Source of the DNA: Chrysomallon squamiferum
Lineage: Eukaryota > Animalia > Mollusca
Length of the DNA stretch: 64,000 nt
Assembly: GCA_012295275.1 (NCBI GenBank)
Contig: CM022670.1
Coordinates: forward strand, 16,492,001 to 16,556,000
Direction of reading: 5' to 3'
Positions 28,255 to 41,408 of the stretch are shown piece after piece; within the stretch, counting starts at the first letter, position 1; every line of letters starts with the position of its first letter. The translations under genes and the position numbers were made by a program. The notes beneath the pieces were generated by a model. That model was not told the origin of the DNA. It worked only from the letters and a program-made list of their open reading frames with translations, and ran no database searches.

Positions 28255-28860
28255 TTTCTTGAGGCTTTTTTCCGTGACGTAATTTGTGCCGTTACGAGTT
28301 ATCGTTCCTGTTGGTCCATGCTCAAAGGTTAGAGTTCATAAGATGTTTAACAAGCATTCGTAATTAAAAGGTAATAAATGGTACCTGTTTAATTTTCAAA
28401 TCACAAAATTATTAATCGTTTTGTTATTTCCACCGAAACGACAGGAGCACCCTGTCAGTTTCTCTGAACACCACTTGAAACAGCCCGACTATCCTCTGGA
28501 TGAGGACAGATCAGATGTCCATTTAGATGGATATCGCTGGGTCTCCCCCAGAGATAGGTCTGTTTCGTTTTATTTGGCTAATCTTTGCCACCCGTACGGC
28601 TGGCAACGATTCCATCTAGTATACTCATTTAAAAATAATTTTGGCTTCAACCACATTTAGATCGGTTATTTTCGTATTCGCTGGTGCCATAAAAAAAGTA
28701 CCATTTAATCGTACATACGCACGCTGCAAGAAGAAACCCAAGACCCCCATCATAAAATCACGTCACGTCGTATCGAATAGTTGTCACGTTTTAATCAGAT
28801 GAACGTCACGTCACTCTTTAATTCAAATAGGTCCGAAGATTTCCGAATTGGCGAATTATG
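28255..28860. promoter_or_regulatory. CpG-richer region with clustered ACGTCA/TGACGT (CRE/ATF-like) motifs; likely promoter of the spacer gene
   Basis: gtgacgtaat (~28274), tcacgtcacgtcg (~28758), gtcacgtt (~28783), aacgtcacgtcac (~28802). Confidence 0.35.
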
Positions 28861-29986
28861 AAAAAGTCTTGGGTTTCTTCTTTAATTTAATTAAATTAAT
28901 TTGTTTATTTGTTCTCATTTGTGTTGTTCGCAATATAAGCTGTACAATAATAGCTGGACTGTTAAACTAAAAGTTTTATCAGAATGTTGACTAGATTTTA
29001 TCACGCTGTAGTGATTTAAAAGGTTAGCTGTTACTGTATTTTGGTATATGTGCAGGTCTGTGCACTTCATGAGAGTGATAATATATTTTGTACGCTATAT
29101 AACTAATAAACGAGCAATAACATCATTTATAAAATATATAACATTTTCACTATTTTGTAAATTAGAAAATGTTAATAAACAAAAGTTAATATATAATAGG
29201 GAATATGTATTACAGGTCTCTCTTTACTGTTCCTTAACAACGAGTTACGATCATGTTGCTTTCTTGACTTACTGAATACATTTTAAAATGATATTTATTT
29301 CAACCATGTTGAAATGTAATCCTAACAGGAACTAAAACATGTACCTTACTTTTGATAAGAAACCTTTTTTCAAAATCAAACTGTTTTAATGATAAGAACA
29401 TAACTGAACAAAATCTGTTTAGTGGGCTTTGTTATCTGGTAAACTTGGCAGTCACTCTGTTTTGTCATTGTAAAATGAATTCAATCACGTCTGAACACAG
29501 AAACTAACAGTTCAACAAATATGACCCATGTAATGACCACATAAAACGTTTTGTTCTGAGTAAAGATGTCTGAGACTGTCAAAGAATACGAAAACGGTAT
29601 GTATTCCACCACTCTTATTACTTATATTATTTTCTGTTTTAATACCTGTGTCTGATTCCTTTTCATATAAATTTATGTCAAGTTACCTATTAAAGTTGGA
29701 GCTCATAAAATCAAAAAAGAACTTTCCTTTTTAAATGTTACTGATAATTCTTGCTGTTTATAATCTTTGATAATTATACCACTAAATACATACATGTGTA
29801 TACAGACACACATATAAAAACACACAGACAAACATACACAGACATAGACATAGATGGAATGACTAATTACTGTTTAACAAGCTTTATTCTGCTAAGCTGC
29901 AATAGTTTTTACACCTGAGATAAATAAATCTAAAATCGTAAGATATTAACCAGTTATTTTCCGTAATAATAATAATAATAATAATA

Positions 29987-30017
<31 letters not shown>

Positions 30018-30146
30018 CGATGATGATAATAAAATGAAATTAATCTTGTAGTTTACTCCATCTCTCGAGAATAATTAAACCCCAAAGAAGTAACTTTGAA
30101 TTATATATATATGTGTATATGAAAACAGCATGTATTTTATCGAAGT

Positions 30147-30240
30147 ACAGTATTCCCTCGCTATTCGCGGGGGTTACGATCTTTACCCCCCCGCGAATAG
30201 CGAAAAACCGCGAATATTGGATGCAGTTTTAAAACGTCTA
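30147..30240 (+). mobile_element. Tigger/pogo-type terminal inverted repeat fragment
   Basis: TA-CAGTATTCCCTCGCTATTCGCGG terminus with internal hairpin tcgctattcgcggggg...ccccccgcgaatagcga. The other end was not identified. Confidence 0.5.
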
Positions 30241-31631
30241 TTATGAGATTATATCCTAAATGCTTCCCAAACAAAAGACACTCTTACTCATACAGTAATA
30301 ATGTTTTTGCATGCAGTTATGTATTTCACTAATGTAGTAATGATAATGTAAAACATTTTAAAGAAACAATATTTTTATCATAGTAACCATCATGTTACCC
30401 ATACAGTATTACTGCACGGTAAAGTCATTTTCTATGCGTACAACATATGATTAGAATTGACAGAAAGTGGAACAAATTTAAAGGCAAAACAGACAGATAA
30501 ATAACGCACAGTTCAGGTAATAATATGCAATTAAAAACTAATACACGGTCACAAAAATATGCACTGTATATTTTATAACAGAAAAAAAATTGGTTTGCAT
30601 TTGTTTTTATGACGTTATGACGCTCGCCTGGTATACCAGCATACGATGCGATAGGGTTGGAAGCCTAAAAATCGAATGAGGGAGGGTATTTATAGTTCCA
30701 TCACAAAAGCTATATTTTTGTTATTGTCAGAAAACAAAGAAGTCAATTTCTTGATAGCATGAGACATTTCTAACATTTATATATAAAACTTTCATTATTT
30801 TATAACAGAAATGGTTTGACTACTGGAAGAAAAAGAAGTTTTAAGAGTGAAATATCAGAAGAATTTTTCGCTTCTAACCCAATATGGAAACTGGATAGTA
30901 TTTTCAGGTTTATTATAAACGATAGTATTTTCTTTCTCGTGTGTTAATCAGAATTTTGCTATTTCTAATTCAAATACTGGATCCAGTACAAAAACCCAGC
31001 AGACAAAACCTAACTGGATAAAACCCCAAACCATTTATAACAATTTGTAGTAAGGTGTAGTAAATTAGATGTGGACTGAAAGTTTAGAAGTGTCAAACAT
31101 TTTAAACTTGTTCATTCATCCACTTGAACGATACACATTAAAGTTGAGAAAATGTACAGGGTAGTTTAAAGAGTACTACTTGCATATTTGATTACAATTA
31201 AAATCACTCAACGGTTTCATGCCAAAAATATTAGTTTACAGGTAGGGAGATTTTATTTCTTTATTTACTTATTTCTTTATTTCTTTATTTATAGTTTTTA
31301 TTTTTTTATTATTATGTTTTTGTTTTGGATGCTTATTATACGGGTAAGTCATGTCGATATTATTATTATAATAATAAAAATATATAAGATGAACTTTCAG
31401 TCATTTTTATCCAAAATACTATTTCCAAACGGTTAGTATTTTTCTTCTTATCATTATTATTATTTTCTATATTGTTTCTATAGCTAAAATCAAATAAACT
31501 AATTCTGAACGTTCTGTATGTGTTACATACATGTACTAGTTAGTTTTATATCTTTAATTATCACAAACACTCACACACACACACACACATATCACAACGT
31601 GGTATTGAAGTATTTTGTTTATATATTACAG

Positions 31632-33317
31632 GGTATAAAGGAGAAAAAAGCTCGGAACCTGGAACTGATCTCCACGTTCAATGAGCAGCAAACTGATGAC
31701 GTCTATCTGCTTTTCCTGCAGTGTCTTCGCCAGACCGGACAGTCTCGAATGCTTGACTTGATCTCTGATAAGTATGACAGGATAAAGGCAATAAGCACAT
31801 GTAAGTATAATAGTAACATAACAGTATCGATGATACAAAGTTTATGAACGAGTGGAATTCAGGATATTTTTTTATTTAGTTTTATTTCATAATCAGAAAC
31901 ACCATTTGTTACTTTTTCAGCTCAAACAAACTTTCTTGAGGAAATTCAGGAAATGTGTAATTTCTTAAAGAAGGAGGAATCGCGTGTTGGCATTGACGCA
32001 ACAGCCAGCCGCAGTGATGAGGAAACGACAGTGGTGCCTTCTGCAGCTGAAAACAGTGTTCTGAGTTCTACTGTAGACTGTTCTGAACAAGCAGTAAAGC
32101 TTTTCAATCGTTCGAGACAGGTCATCAGAAAACTGCATTCTCAGTGTACTTCACTCGCTGAACAGAATGCCGAGATCACGCTGCAGGTCAAGAACTGTGA
32201 TTCAGACGTGAGGCATATTTTACACACGCATAAAATTGCTCCTTCTGTACACTGCACGCCAAGAACAGTTTATGATATGTTCAGTATTTTAATGGATGAT
32301 GTCAATATCCTTATTCGTCATGGAAGTAAGATGATCAGCAAGGTAAACGAAGAAAGAGCCCAGTCAATGAGACTGCTGCGGTTGTGTCGAGACTGCGTTG
32401 GTGAACGGAGCTCCATCTTGAAAGATTTTCATATCTCGACTTCAACCATGCGACATTCAAAAAGTCGAGTGCTAAAAGGTGATTGTGAGGTAAAGAATAT
32501 GAAAAATATGACCGCATATGGTGACATGAGAAGTGAACATGTGTCATTCCAAACTGTACTGGACGGACTGGTTTTATTGGAAGTGCAGCTGAAAGAATAT
32601 ATCTACAATGAAATAATGTTAACAAATAAATATAAAATGGAACTCAAACTAAAAAAATTGAAGAGGCAATGTCAGGGATTTTCTTCTGTTGGTTTTGCAA
32701 ACAGCAGTCGGCTGATTACGTGTATTCAGAATGGTGAAAATGTAAAAGAAAATGCACTTAAACTCAAAGTAATAATTCATAAGGTTTCAGAGGAATATGA
32801 AGAATGCATTCATTATTTAAGTAAAACATTACAAACAGAGGACATGACAGAATATATGGATGTCTCTAGCACTGACTTACTGACAGACAGAGATGATGAA
32901 AAAGAACAAAAGAAATCCCCAATAGGAACATTTGTGAGTATGTTTAAAAAACAACCCAAAACATCACCTAGGATGAATGTGCATTCTCTGCCAGACAGTA
33001 AGAGAACACTGCAGCTTCCTCTTGTTTCTGAAGACCAAAGCTGCCACAAAGAAGACAGAAAGCACAATTCCCCCAGACCAACTAAGTTAGTCGACAAACT
33101 GAAGATCCTAGTTTCAAATTACCAAGATATTAAATCTCATTCTGCATCAATGACACAAAAATTCAGGCAGGACTGGGAACGAAAAAAGCGAGAGTTAAAC
33201 AAAAAACTTCGAGTAAAGGATGAAGAAATTGTTCGTCTGCAACTCAGTCTCACAGAAATGACAGCTGAAAAGCAGAAATATCAAAAATTGTATGAACAGG
33301 CTAAGCTGGGATTTTGA
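31632..33317 (+). CDS. Uncharacterised protein with C-terminal half of a CARD/death-fold-like motif plus long coiled-coil region (last two exons; 5' end unresolved)
   Basis: Exon 31632-31800 (GIKEKKARNLELISTF...VYLLFLQCLRQTGQSRMLDLI) resembles CARD helices 4-6. It splices in phase 1 to a 1.4-kb open terminal exon 31921-33317 with heptad-rich segments (e.g. WERKKRELNKKLRVKDEEIVRLQLSLTEMTAEKQKYQKLYEQAK). Confidence 0.7.
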
Positions 33318-34938
33318 CATACTAATATATATATATATATGTTTAAGAAAGAAGTAAAAAACAAAAAGAAAAATTAAAAGAAAAGAAAAACTATATTAAA
33401 TTTTATTATCCAAGTTTATTATCTACGAAAACGATTATTGTTGTTATTTTCACACTGATCTCTTAACAAGAGTCTACAGGTAAAATTAAGTACAGTATAT
33501 GTGAATTATTATTTATAAAATTGCAGCTTATTTAAATGAGTTAATGGAGTGAACAGACACAGTCCTATTGGACGGATCAAACTTTGGTTAATGAACTATA
33601 TTGGTTTCCTTACCATGTGTTCATTTTCTGTTCGCTTGCAAACACACATTTACATATACACTTAGAGATTGTTATAAATCCATGTATTTTGTATGATTAC
33701 ATGAAAATGAAATAAAAATATAATTATAATTATAAGGCCGCAGGTTATTATTTTGGGTAGTTCTGCTTTGCAAATGAAAAATTGTTTAGTTATATGGATG
33801 TATGTTTATTATAATTGATCTTTTGATGGTAAAGCAGATTTGATACTACTCCTAATTTTTAATTTTATATATATATATTCTGAACTGAATTTGAAAAAAA
33901 AACCGTGCCAATCAGTGCAAGCTGTTGTGAAGCACGCTCTCTGACAAAGCAGACTGAAGCGCAAGGAGCTGGTCGTGATGTCTTTCTTGTTGATGTTCCA
34001 GGAGTTGTGCTTTTGTTTTTATCACCAACTTCGTGAAGAACTTATTGCATTTTTTTTTCTTTCTGTGGCTATGTTAGGTGTTATTATGTTGTTCATATTT
34101 TTGTTGTCCAGTCTCTACCATCCAACAATTTCCAACATTTGTTTTTGTTTGTTTTGGTTTTTTTTTTTTGCCACTGGTCTTTTTACTGATAAAAAATATT
34201 ATAAATAAGAAAAACAACAGTAATAATCATGCCATGCTGAAAGTAGAGATGATTAGAACAATGTATTTACAGGTGGTGATAAACTTTCGTTTGACTGATG
34301 TTAGGTTTAAGGTTTTAGATTTTCTTTCTGTCTATTTCATGTCTTAAATGACGCCTTTTGTTATGTACCTGAAAGTATAAGAAAGTAATTAATTAGATGA
34401 TTATACACATTTTGTGGTCCGCTAGCTTGGTTATTATTAGGTCCTGTACTCTGAAAGTAAGTAGTTCTTTTTTCGTTTTATAAATTTATATTATATCGTT
34501 TGATTAGTTCAACCAATTAATCAATCAGCTGCTTCCATGAGTGGATCAGCTGGCTGGTCAGACAATTAATCTATTATTTAATTAATTCGCTCATTTAATT
34601 GCTTTGCACTGGTATATTTTGTTATTTATCTCTTTTATTTTATTTATTTATTATTATTTGAATTGTTATTTGAATTATTTGATCGTGTTATTTCATATTA
34701 TGTTTTTATCTTTATCTAATCAAACGTTAATTTGTCTAGTTACTTGCTTGAATCAAAGTTTGTATTTTGTTTGTAAGTTGTTACTGCAGCGAGGACTGGT
34801 TCTCTCTTTTTCACTGTTTGTGCTAAAAGTTACATTTCAAACTGCTTGGAAATTGAATTAAACACAGTTTACTAAAAAGAGTCTTATTTTATGATATTTG
34901 ACATTCTGCATACTAATATATATAAAATGTAAACTTAC

Positions 34939-35385
34939 TTACTCAGAAATTCCTGCTCTACCCGATTGACAGATCCAGGACGACAGATCCTCAGTCACCC
35001 AATGGCTTGAAATAGTTTAATCAGGAAACATGAAATTAATGTGCCTGTCCGCCCTAGTCCTGCTGAAAATGAGTTCAAATATATTTACATAGTATATAAA
35101 CTCCAGCGGTTAAATTTTAAACAAACTTTCTTGAAAGAATATAGGAAAATATCAAAGCCACACGTCTACAATGTACGCAGTGGCTCCAGAGGAATGTTCA
35201 GCTATGTCCAGAAACTGCTGTATGATATCATCACGTGGAATGGTGTCATCTTTAAAATACAGATTATAAAAATTTGAACCCTGTCTCTGTAAATTTCTTT
35301 TCTTCATATTGTTTTGAGTTCAATCGGACAACTGTGGTGACGTTATGTTTACGGAAATATGGAATGTATACGTCTAAAGGGTAAC
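34939..35385 (-). pseudogene. CDC14: Intron-retaining CDC14 pseudogene fragment (two catalytic-domain exons)
   Basis: 35164-35385 reads [73 protein letters not shown]. 34939-35062 reads GLGRTGTLISCFLIKLFQ-----AIG*LRICRPGSVNRVEQEFL. Lesions: acceptor AG->GG, +1 and -1 frameshifts, TGA at a Trp codon, in-frame deletions. Confidence 0.88.
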
Positions 35386-36548
35386 CCGAAAAGAAGATAA
35401 CATTATTTAACATACACTGTATTTACACTAATCACAGCTTACTAAAGCAAATATTCAAGTAAAAAATAATTTCTAAGATTTTATTCAAATTAAATTATCA
35501 GCTCTAAATGTTTGTTAATTTCCCTGTGTGTAGCTCTATTCATGAGTTATTTCCCTTCGACAAATATTTTGTAAGATACTTGAAAAGCAAACTCTATTAT
35601 GAATTACGTGGCATTCTGTAATACACAGACTGCATTTCAGTACTAAATAAAGTAACCAATTTTTACGAAGAGTTCATAACAAAGTTACTTTCTGAATGTG
35701 GGTTATTCACTTAAATGATACACTAAGACATGAAGATCAGAAATATTTAAAAGTATTCTTTTCAAATGCACAGTTTTAAGGCAGATATTTCTGAAACTGA
35801 AAATATACACCACCAACCAAAATAAAAACTGTATAAAACTAGAGTGAATTTCCTTGGAATCATTTATAAGTATGCAATAATTTAAAATTGATTAATTTCT
35901 CTTAATTGAAATTATTACTTACGTAAGTATCACTTAGATATGAGACAAAAATGTTAAAATAGGAAATAATGGCATGAATCTGTATTCCAAAAATAAAAAC
36001 TAATTTTATACATTGTCTATTTGGTTGTGGATAGAAAAAACCTGCACCAGCAGTTTAATCAGAGCTGACTCCTTGAGCACCAATTAATATTCTTGTGTAG
36101 AGAACACAATAAGAAACTAAAACCTTCTTGTTTTGTCAAAGCCGTACCAGAAATTTTCTTATAGAAAATTGTTTATTTACTATCTTAGAAATAGTTTACC
36201 TAAAATTAGATAAACAATGTTGTTTTTTCAGTAACCTACCACTTACAATTTAATGTAATTCAAGTTAAAATTTTGTCAGCTTAATGATTAATGTCCTGTT
36301 TTTGAAACAAAAAGACCCCAGTGTATATGTGTATGTATGTGTGTGTGTATGCACACACGTTTACAAATACATGTTCGTATTTACTAGTATAATTATAAAC
36401 GATTATAAACAGTATGAGTTATAAGTAACATTTAAAAAGGTATGTTCTTTTCTAATTATAGGAGCACTGAATTTAACAGATAACTTGACATAAATTTATA
36501 TGAAAAGGAATCACACTCAGAGGAATAAAAAGTGAAAATAATATCACA

Positions 36549-37460
36549 CTGAATTATTTGCTGTGGGACCAAAGCCCATTCCTGATGTAAAGCAGTTTCA
36601 TTTGGTGGATTCTTTTTACTTATGTTTTTCCACCAATGTGCCACAGGTGTTCAGTGGGTTTTAGATAAAGACTGTAAACAGGTCTTGGTAAAGTCTTTGA
36701 GGGTGCCTGATGAAGAAACTCCACTACAGCACTTGCTCAGTGTTGTGGAGTCCTGTCATCGATGCACACTTCTTAGATAATGGTTGTTGAAATGCGTCAC
36801 TACACCCGAATCAAGGATATCAGTGTCATTTCTCCCCACTGAGTGTTTTTTTTTTTGCAGTTTGCATCCGTGTAAAATAAATCCATAATTGTTAATCATC
36901 CCACACCTAACTGAAGGTCAGGTTGTACCTTTGACTGATATTCTTTTTCAAAAAACGAACGCAACTGTCAGAAACCTGCATTAGCATCCTAGATTCATTT
37001 GAGCAACAAGCCGCTACTTGATCCTGCATCAAACGTTCATGGATATGTCTATCAGTCAGCTGAGGAAGTTTAACGGGTCTACTAGCACGGTATATCGCAG
37101 CCTTGAGACGATTTCCAACCGTCTGATCATAGCCCACTAGTTCCTAAGTTTATTAGTATATTTCGATCTTCACGAACAGATGTTGTTTTAGGTCTTCCGA
37201 ACCTTGCACGGTCTATTATGGCGTTGATTTGTGTTTGTGTTTGTACCAGTTTAGTGATAGTGCTATTGTGACAACCAAGAGGTTTTTCAGTATACCTGGA
37301 TGACATTATGTCATTTTTCATTCCATTTATTCACCATCTCTCAGCAATAGTCTATGCCTTGCTGTTCAGAATTTCATCTGAAAATGTACATTTCTGTTCG
37401 AATTATTGACAGCGCAAAAACAACAAAAGTTGAATTGTGAACCACGTTATTTTAGTGGAC
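36549..37460 (-). mobile_element. Degenerate Tc1/mariner element (duplicate of 26760-27720, truncated at the duplication boundary)
   Basis: ORF fragments GRPKTTSVREDR, RLKAAIYRASRPVKLPQLTDRHIHERL and PPNETALHQEWALVPQQIIQ. Confidence 0.8.
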
Positions 37461-38969
37461 TCTAGGGAATATTAATGGATTGCACGTGCATTGCAAACTG
37501 AAATATACACGATCTAAACTGCAGTCATTGGCACTGAGAAATGTTCGTTTTCTTTTGAAACTCTTCATTTAGAGTAATTTTATAATCAGTTCTTAATAAG
37601 AGGTTTACGTAGAGTATATTTAATGAGACGAACAGTTTTGACACTGATAAAAATTAAGTGTATGTGTAAATATATTATAATCACAAACAATTATATATAT
37701 TTATTATTTTATTATCATATGTTAATAAAATATTTATATGCAGGATTTCATATAACGAACAGTTTTGACACAGACAAAAGTATGTGTGTGAAAGAAATTA
37801 TTTATAAATCAATTATAGATTTGAAAATTTATATTTTTCAATAACATAACACATTAATGTGAAAGAAGAACAGTATTCAGCCATCCAACAAATAAATAAA
37901 ATATTGCTACAGCTTGACAGTTGTTTTGCCTGACATTACCCACACCAAACTTAAACTACTTAATAACAAAATTACTGACCCACCTGCCTCTACATTCTAA
38001 ATAAACTTTAAACACTACAACGAACAAAAGATACACATTTTTCTGTATAATATTTAAAAATTAACGTCAAAGAATAAAATATAGAAAAATAAATCTGTTT
38101 GTGATAAAACTGTGACAGATTATCAAATAACAGTATTCGGGGCACTCTGTTGCAACTGGCGTTTATGAAATATTTATATATTTTTCAAAATGTTGTTGTT
38201 TGTGTGCTTAATGATATGTCGTTTTTCAAATATATTTTATGTTTTCTAGTTCTCATTTTATGGACTCATTCCATATTAAATCACCCAATAAAAGTAAAAT
38301 TTTAACCTCAGCAGTAGTTTTGGACCTGTGCGTCCTTAAATTTTGGCCTTTTGGTCTTTATCAAGAAAATAATAAGAAATTTGGAATCCTAATCAAATTA
38401 GCTTTCCAGTCACACCAACGTCATCAAAATCGATCCATTGGTTACCAAGATATCATGGCAATTAACCCATTTTTGGCAGAATGCCAAAATTCGAGGGCCC
38501 GTAACTCCAAAACTGCTGCTCCGATTGAACTAATATTTCAGATTTAGGCTACTTACGCCAAGTAGAAGTACTGGTTAATATAATCCATATATTACTCCGT
38601 CTTCTAAACGATTAGATAGAATATTTATAACTCTTTCTACTGCAAAATGTATTACATCTTTGTAAGATAAAAGCGGCTGATAATCTAGCAAAATGATCAT
38701 ATAAAATGAAACTAAGAACCAATTTTTAGTATGACTAACAATGTTGATTTAAACACGATTGTGTAACTCTGTAAGTTAAACTGCTAGAACCATCGTTACC
38801 AATGTTTTAATGTTTCACAGCTTCATTTCCTATTCAGAATGTTTTAATTTCATTCTGGATATACGCTGCACCTACAAAACAGTTTCAGTTAGAGTACATC
38901 TTAAAAATTAATCAACTGTGCAAGAAACTGCTTTCTAAAACTGAATATCCACATGAAAATTCCAGCTGC

Positions 38970-39005
<36 letters not shown>

Positions 39006-39112
39006 TAATAATAATTTCTTCATATATATGTATTTATTTAGATAAACCATTTGATTTACAGTTATTTTATTTTATTTTATTTTTATTCTTTATTCTTTAT
39101 TTTTATTTTATT

Positions 39113-41320
39113 TCAAGCATTTCCATTCAGAATGTTTTCATTTCCTTCTGGATATACACTGCACCTACAAAACAGAACTTTATAGTTTTAGTTAGCGTAC
39201 ATTTTGTATGTATCTATGTGTTTTCGTGTAAACGTTCTATTCTGTTTGTATTTTGTTTTTTGCGGGGTATTTTTTTGTAAGAATGTTTTTATTCGCTTTG
39301 TGTAAGAATGTGTTTGTATGCTCATTTTTTGTAACAGTGAATCTGTCTATTGCATGAGTGTTTTGTTTATGTCAATTTTTGTGTTTTCGTGTATTTTGTA
39401 TATTCGTATGCTTTTGTATATTTTGTGTAAGCAAATGTTTGTGTGTGCATTGCAGGTTTTGCGTAAGTGTGTGTTTATGTGTAAGATGTTTTTGTATTTT
39501 GTAAAAAAATGTGTTTTTCTTTGTAAAATGTAGTTGTCTGTGCGTTGTTTTTGTAAGCAGATGTTTCTGCATGTATTTTCTGTAAGAGAATATTTATGTA
39601 TTTTATGCAAGCATTCGCTTTTTATGTGTATTGCATAGGCATCTGGGTTGTTTTTTGTTTTTTGTATGTATATTGTATAAACGTGTGATTTTGTCTGTTA
39701 TTTGTGTAAGCATGTGCTTTTAAGATTTGATTATGTAAATTTCTGTATTGTATGTCTGTGTGTATATTTTGCGTAAGCACGTGTTTGTGTGTTTTTTGTT
39801 TAACTGTGTTTGTGTGTTTCGTGTAAGCATGAGTCTGTGTGTATGTAATATGTGAGTACGGTGTTTATGTATAAATATGTGTGGACTTGTATTCCCACAG
39901 GTGAAACTTTGAAATAGAATAAACCCCCCAAAATACTGTAATTTTCTAAATACTAACCATCTCCATTTATTGCAGAAGAAATATCTACCGGGACGAGGCA
40001 TACCATTGAAGTCAGTGGCTAATGTCAGCGAGTAAGCTCCCATGTTTTCAAAGAACAGCCAGTCGCCAACATTTAGTTCTGGGAGAAGACTGTTTTTAGT
40101 TATGCTGTCGATTCCGCAGGTTGGGCCCCATATAACAGATTTGAATGCTGGTTTTGTGCGGCAGTCCTGGAAGTAGTACAGAATCTAAATGATTATGAAA
40201 CCAGTAATGTGTCTGTGTGGGGTTTGTGTATGTGCCATTCTAATATTTTATAACATTTGTACAAAAAAAAAAAAAAAGGATAAATAATACCTTTACTGGC
40301 TGAGCTTGAAAAATTTGCAATGGAAAGATGTTAACACAGCTGAAGGATCCAAACAGTCCGTCATTCACATAGTACATGATTGTTTTTGATTTGTCCTGAG
40401 TTTCTGATGATAAAAAAATCCTTAATAATAGTAATACTGATACTACTACTACTACTACTACTACTAATAATAATAACAATCATTGTCAACGTTATCTTAA
40501 TAATGCGATGTACATTAACAGGAAAATTAATTAATAGGAAATATAAATTAAACTATTTTATACTGACTTATTATTATTACAGTTTAATTTTGCTATTGTG
40601 ACTAATGAAACTACTAATACTACTGCTGCTACTAGTAATGAAATTACTACTATTATTGCTATTATTGCTACCATTCCTACCATTACGGCTACTACTATTA
40701 CTGTTAGTGCTATTATCATTATTATGATTTTCTGCTCATAAACCTATCAGTGATAAACTGCTTACCCAAACCATTAGCTGGAATATTTGGCCTCATGGAA
40801 CGTTTAGCAATAACGTTCAGCACCAGAGTGTAGGCTGATGTTACATAGTATCTGCCTGGTTCTGCAATTATTCGTATGCCTCTTTCACAGGGAAAATATC
40901 TGTCCAGTGCTTTATTGACAACATCGGCTACCTAATGTAATAAAATAAAAGAGTTAATGCGCACAATAATGTAATTTACCTATTAACTGAAAATTATCTT
41001 AGTTATCTAATGTAAACTGTTTATTATGTGAATCATGTTATTTATTAAATAGGCTTGTATTCAGGATCATTAAACTCTTTGTTTAGAATCGATCATTAGT
41101 CACAAAAACTACTATTACTGAGAACACTGTTCGAACTTCACTGTTGTAAGAAGTTAGTTTCGTTAGCCACTGAGCAATATTATAGTATCACCTATAACTT
41201 TTGAGCGACAGACGCCGTTGCAAATAACTGTAGGTAGGCTATGGCCATTTTGATTTGAGGAGTTTTTCTTCATCTGTCGGTGTGTCTGTGTGTACTTGTT
41301 CGTGTGTGAGAGTGGATGTG

Positions 41321-41408
<88 letters not shown>

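Noticed and set aside
32335-33097. Minus-strand ORFs overlapping the 454-aa exon (also 11104-11598 within the GT gene and antisense ORFs in CAD exons)
   Set aside because: Shadow frames of genuine coding exons with no independent motifs.
34990-35000. In-frame TGA as selenocysteine or readthrough in the CDC14-like fragment
   Set aside because: It replaces a conserved Trp (TGG->TGA) and co-occurs with frameshifts and a dead acceptor.
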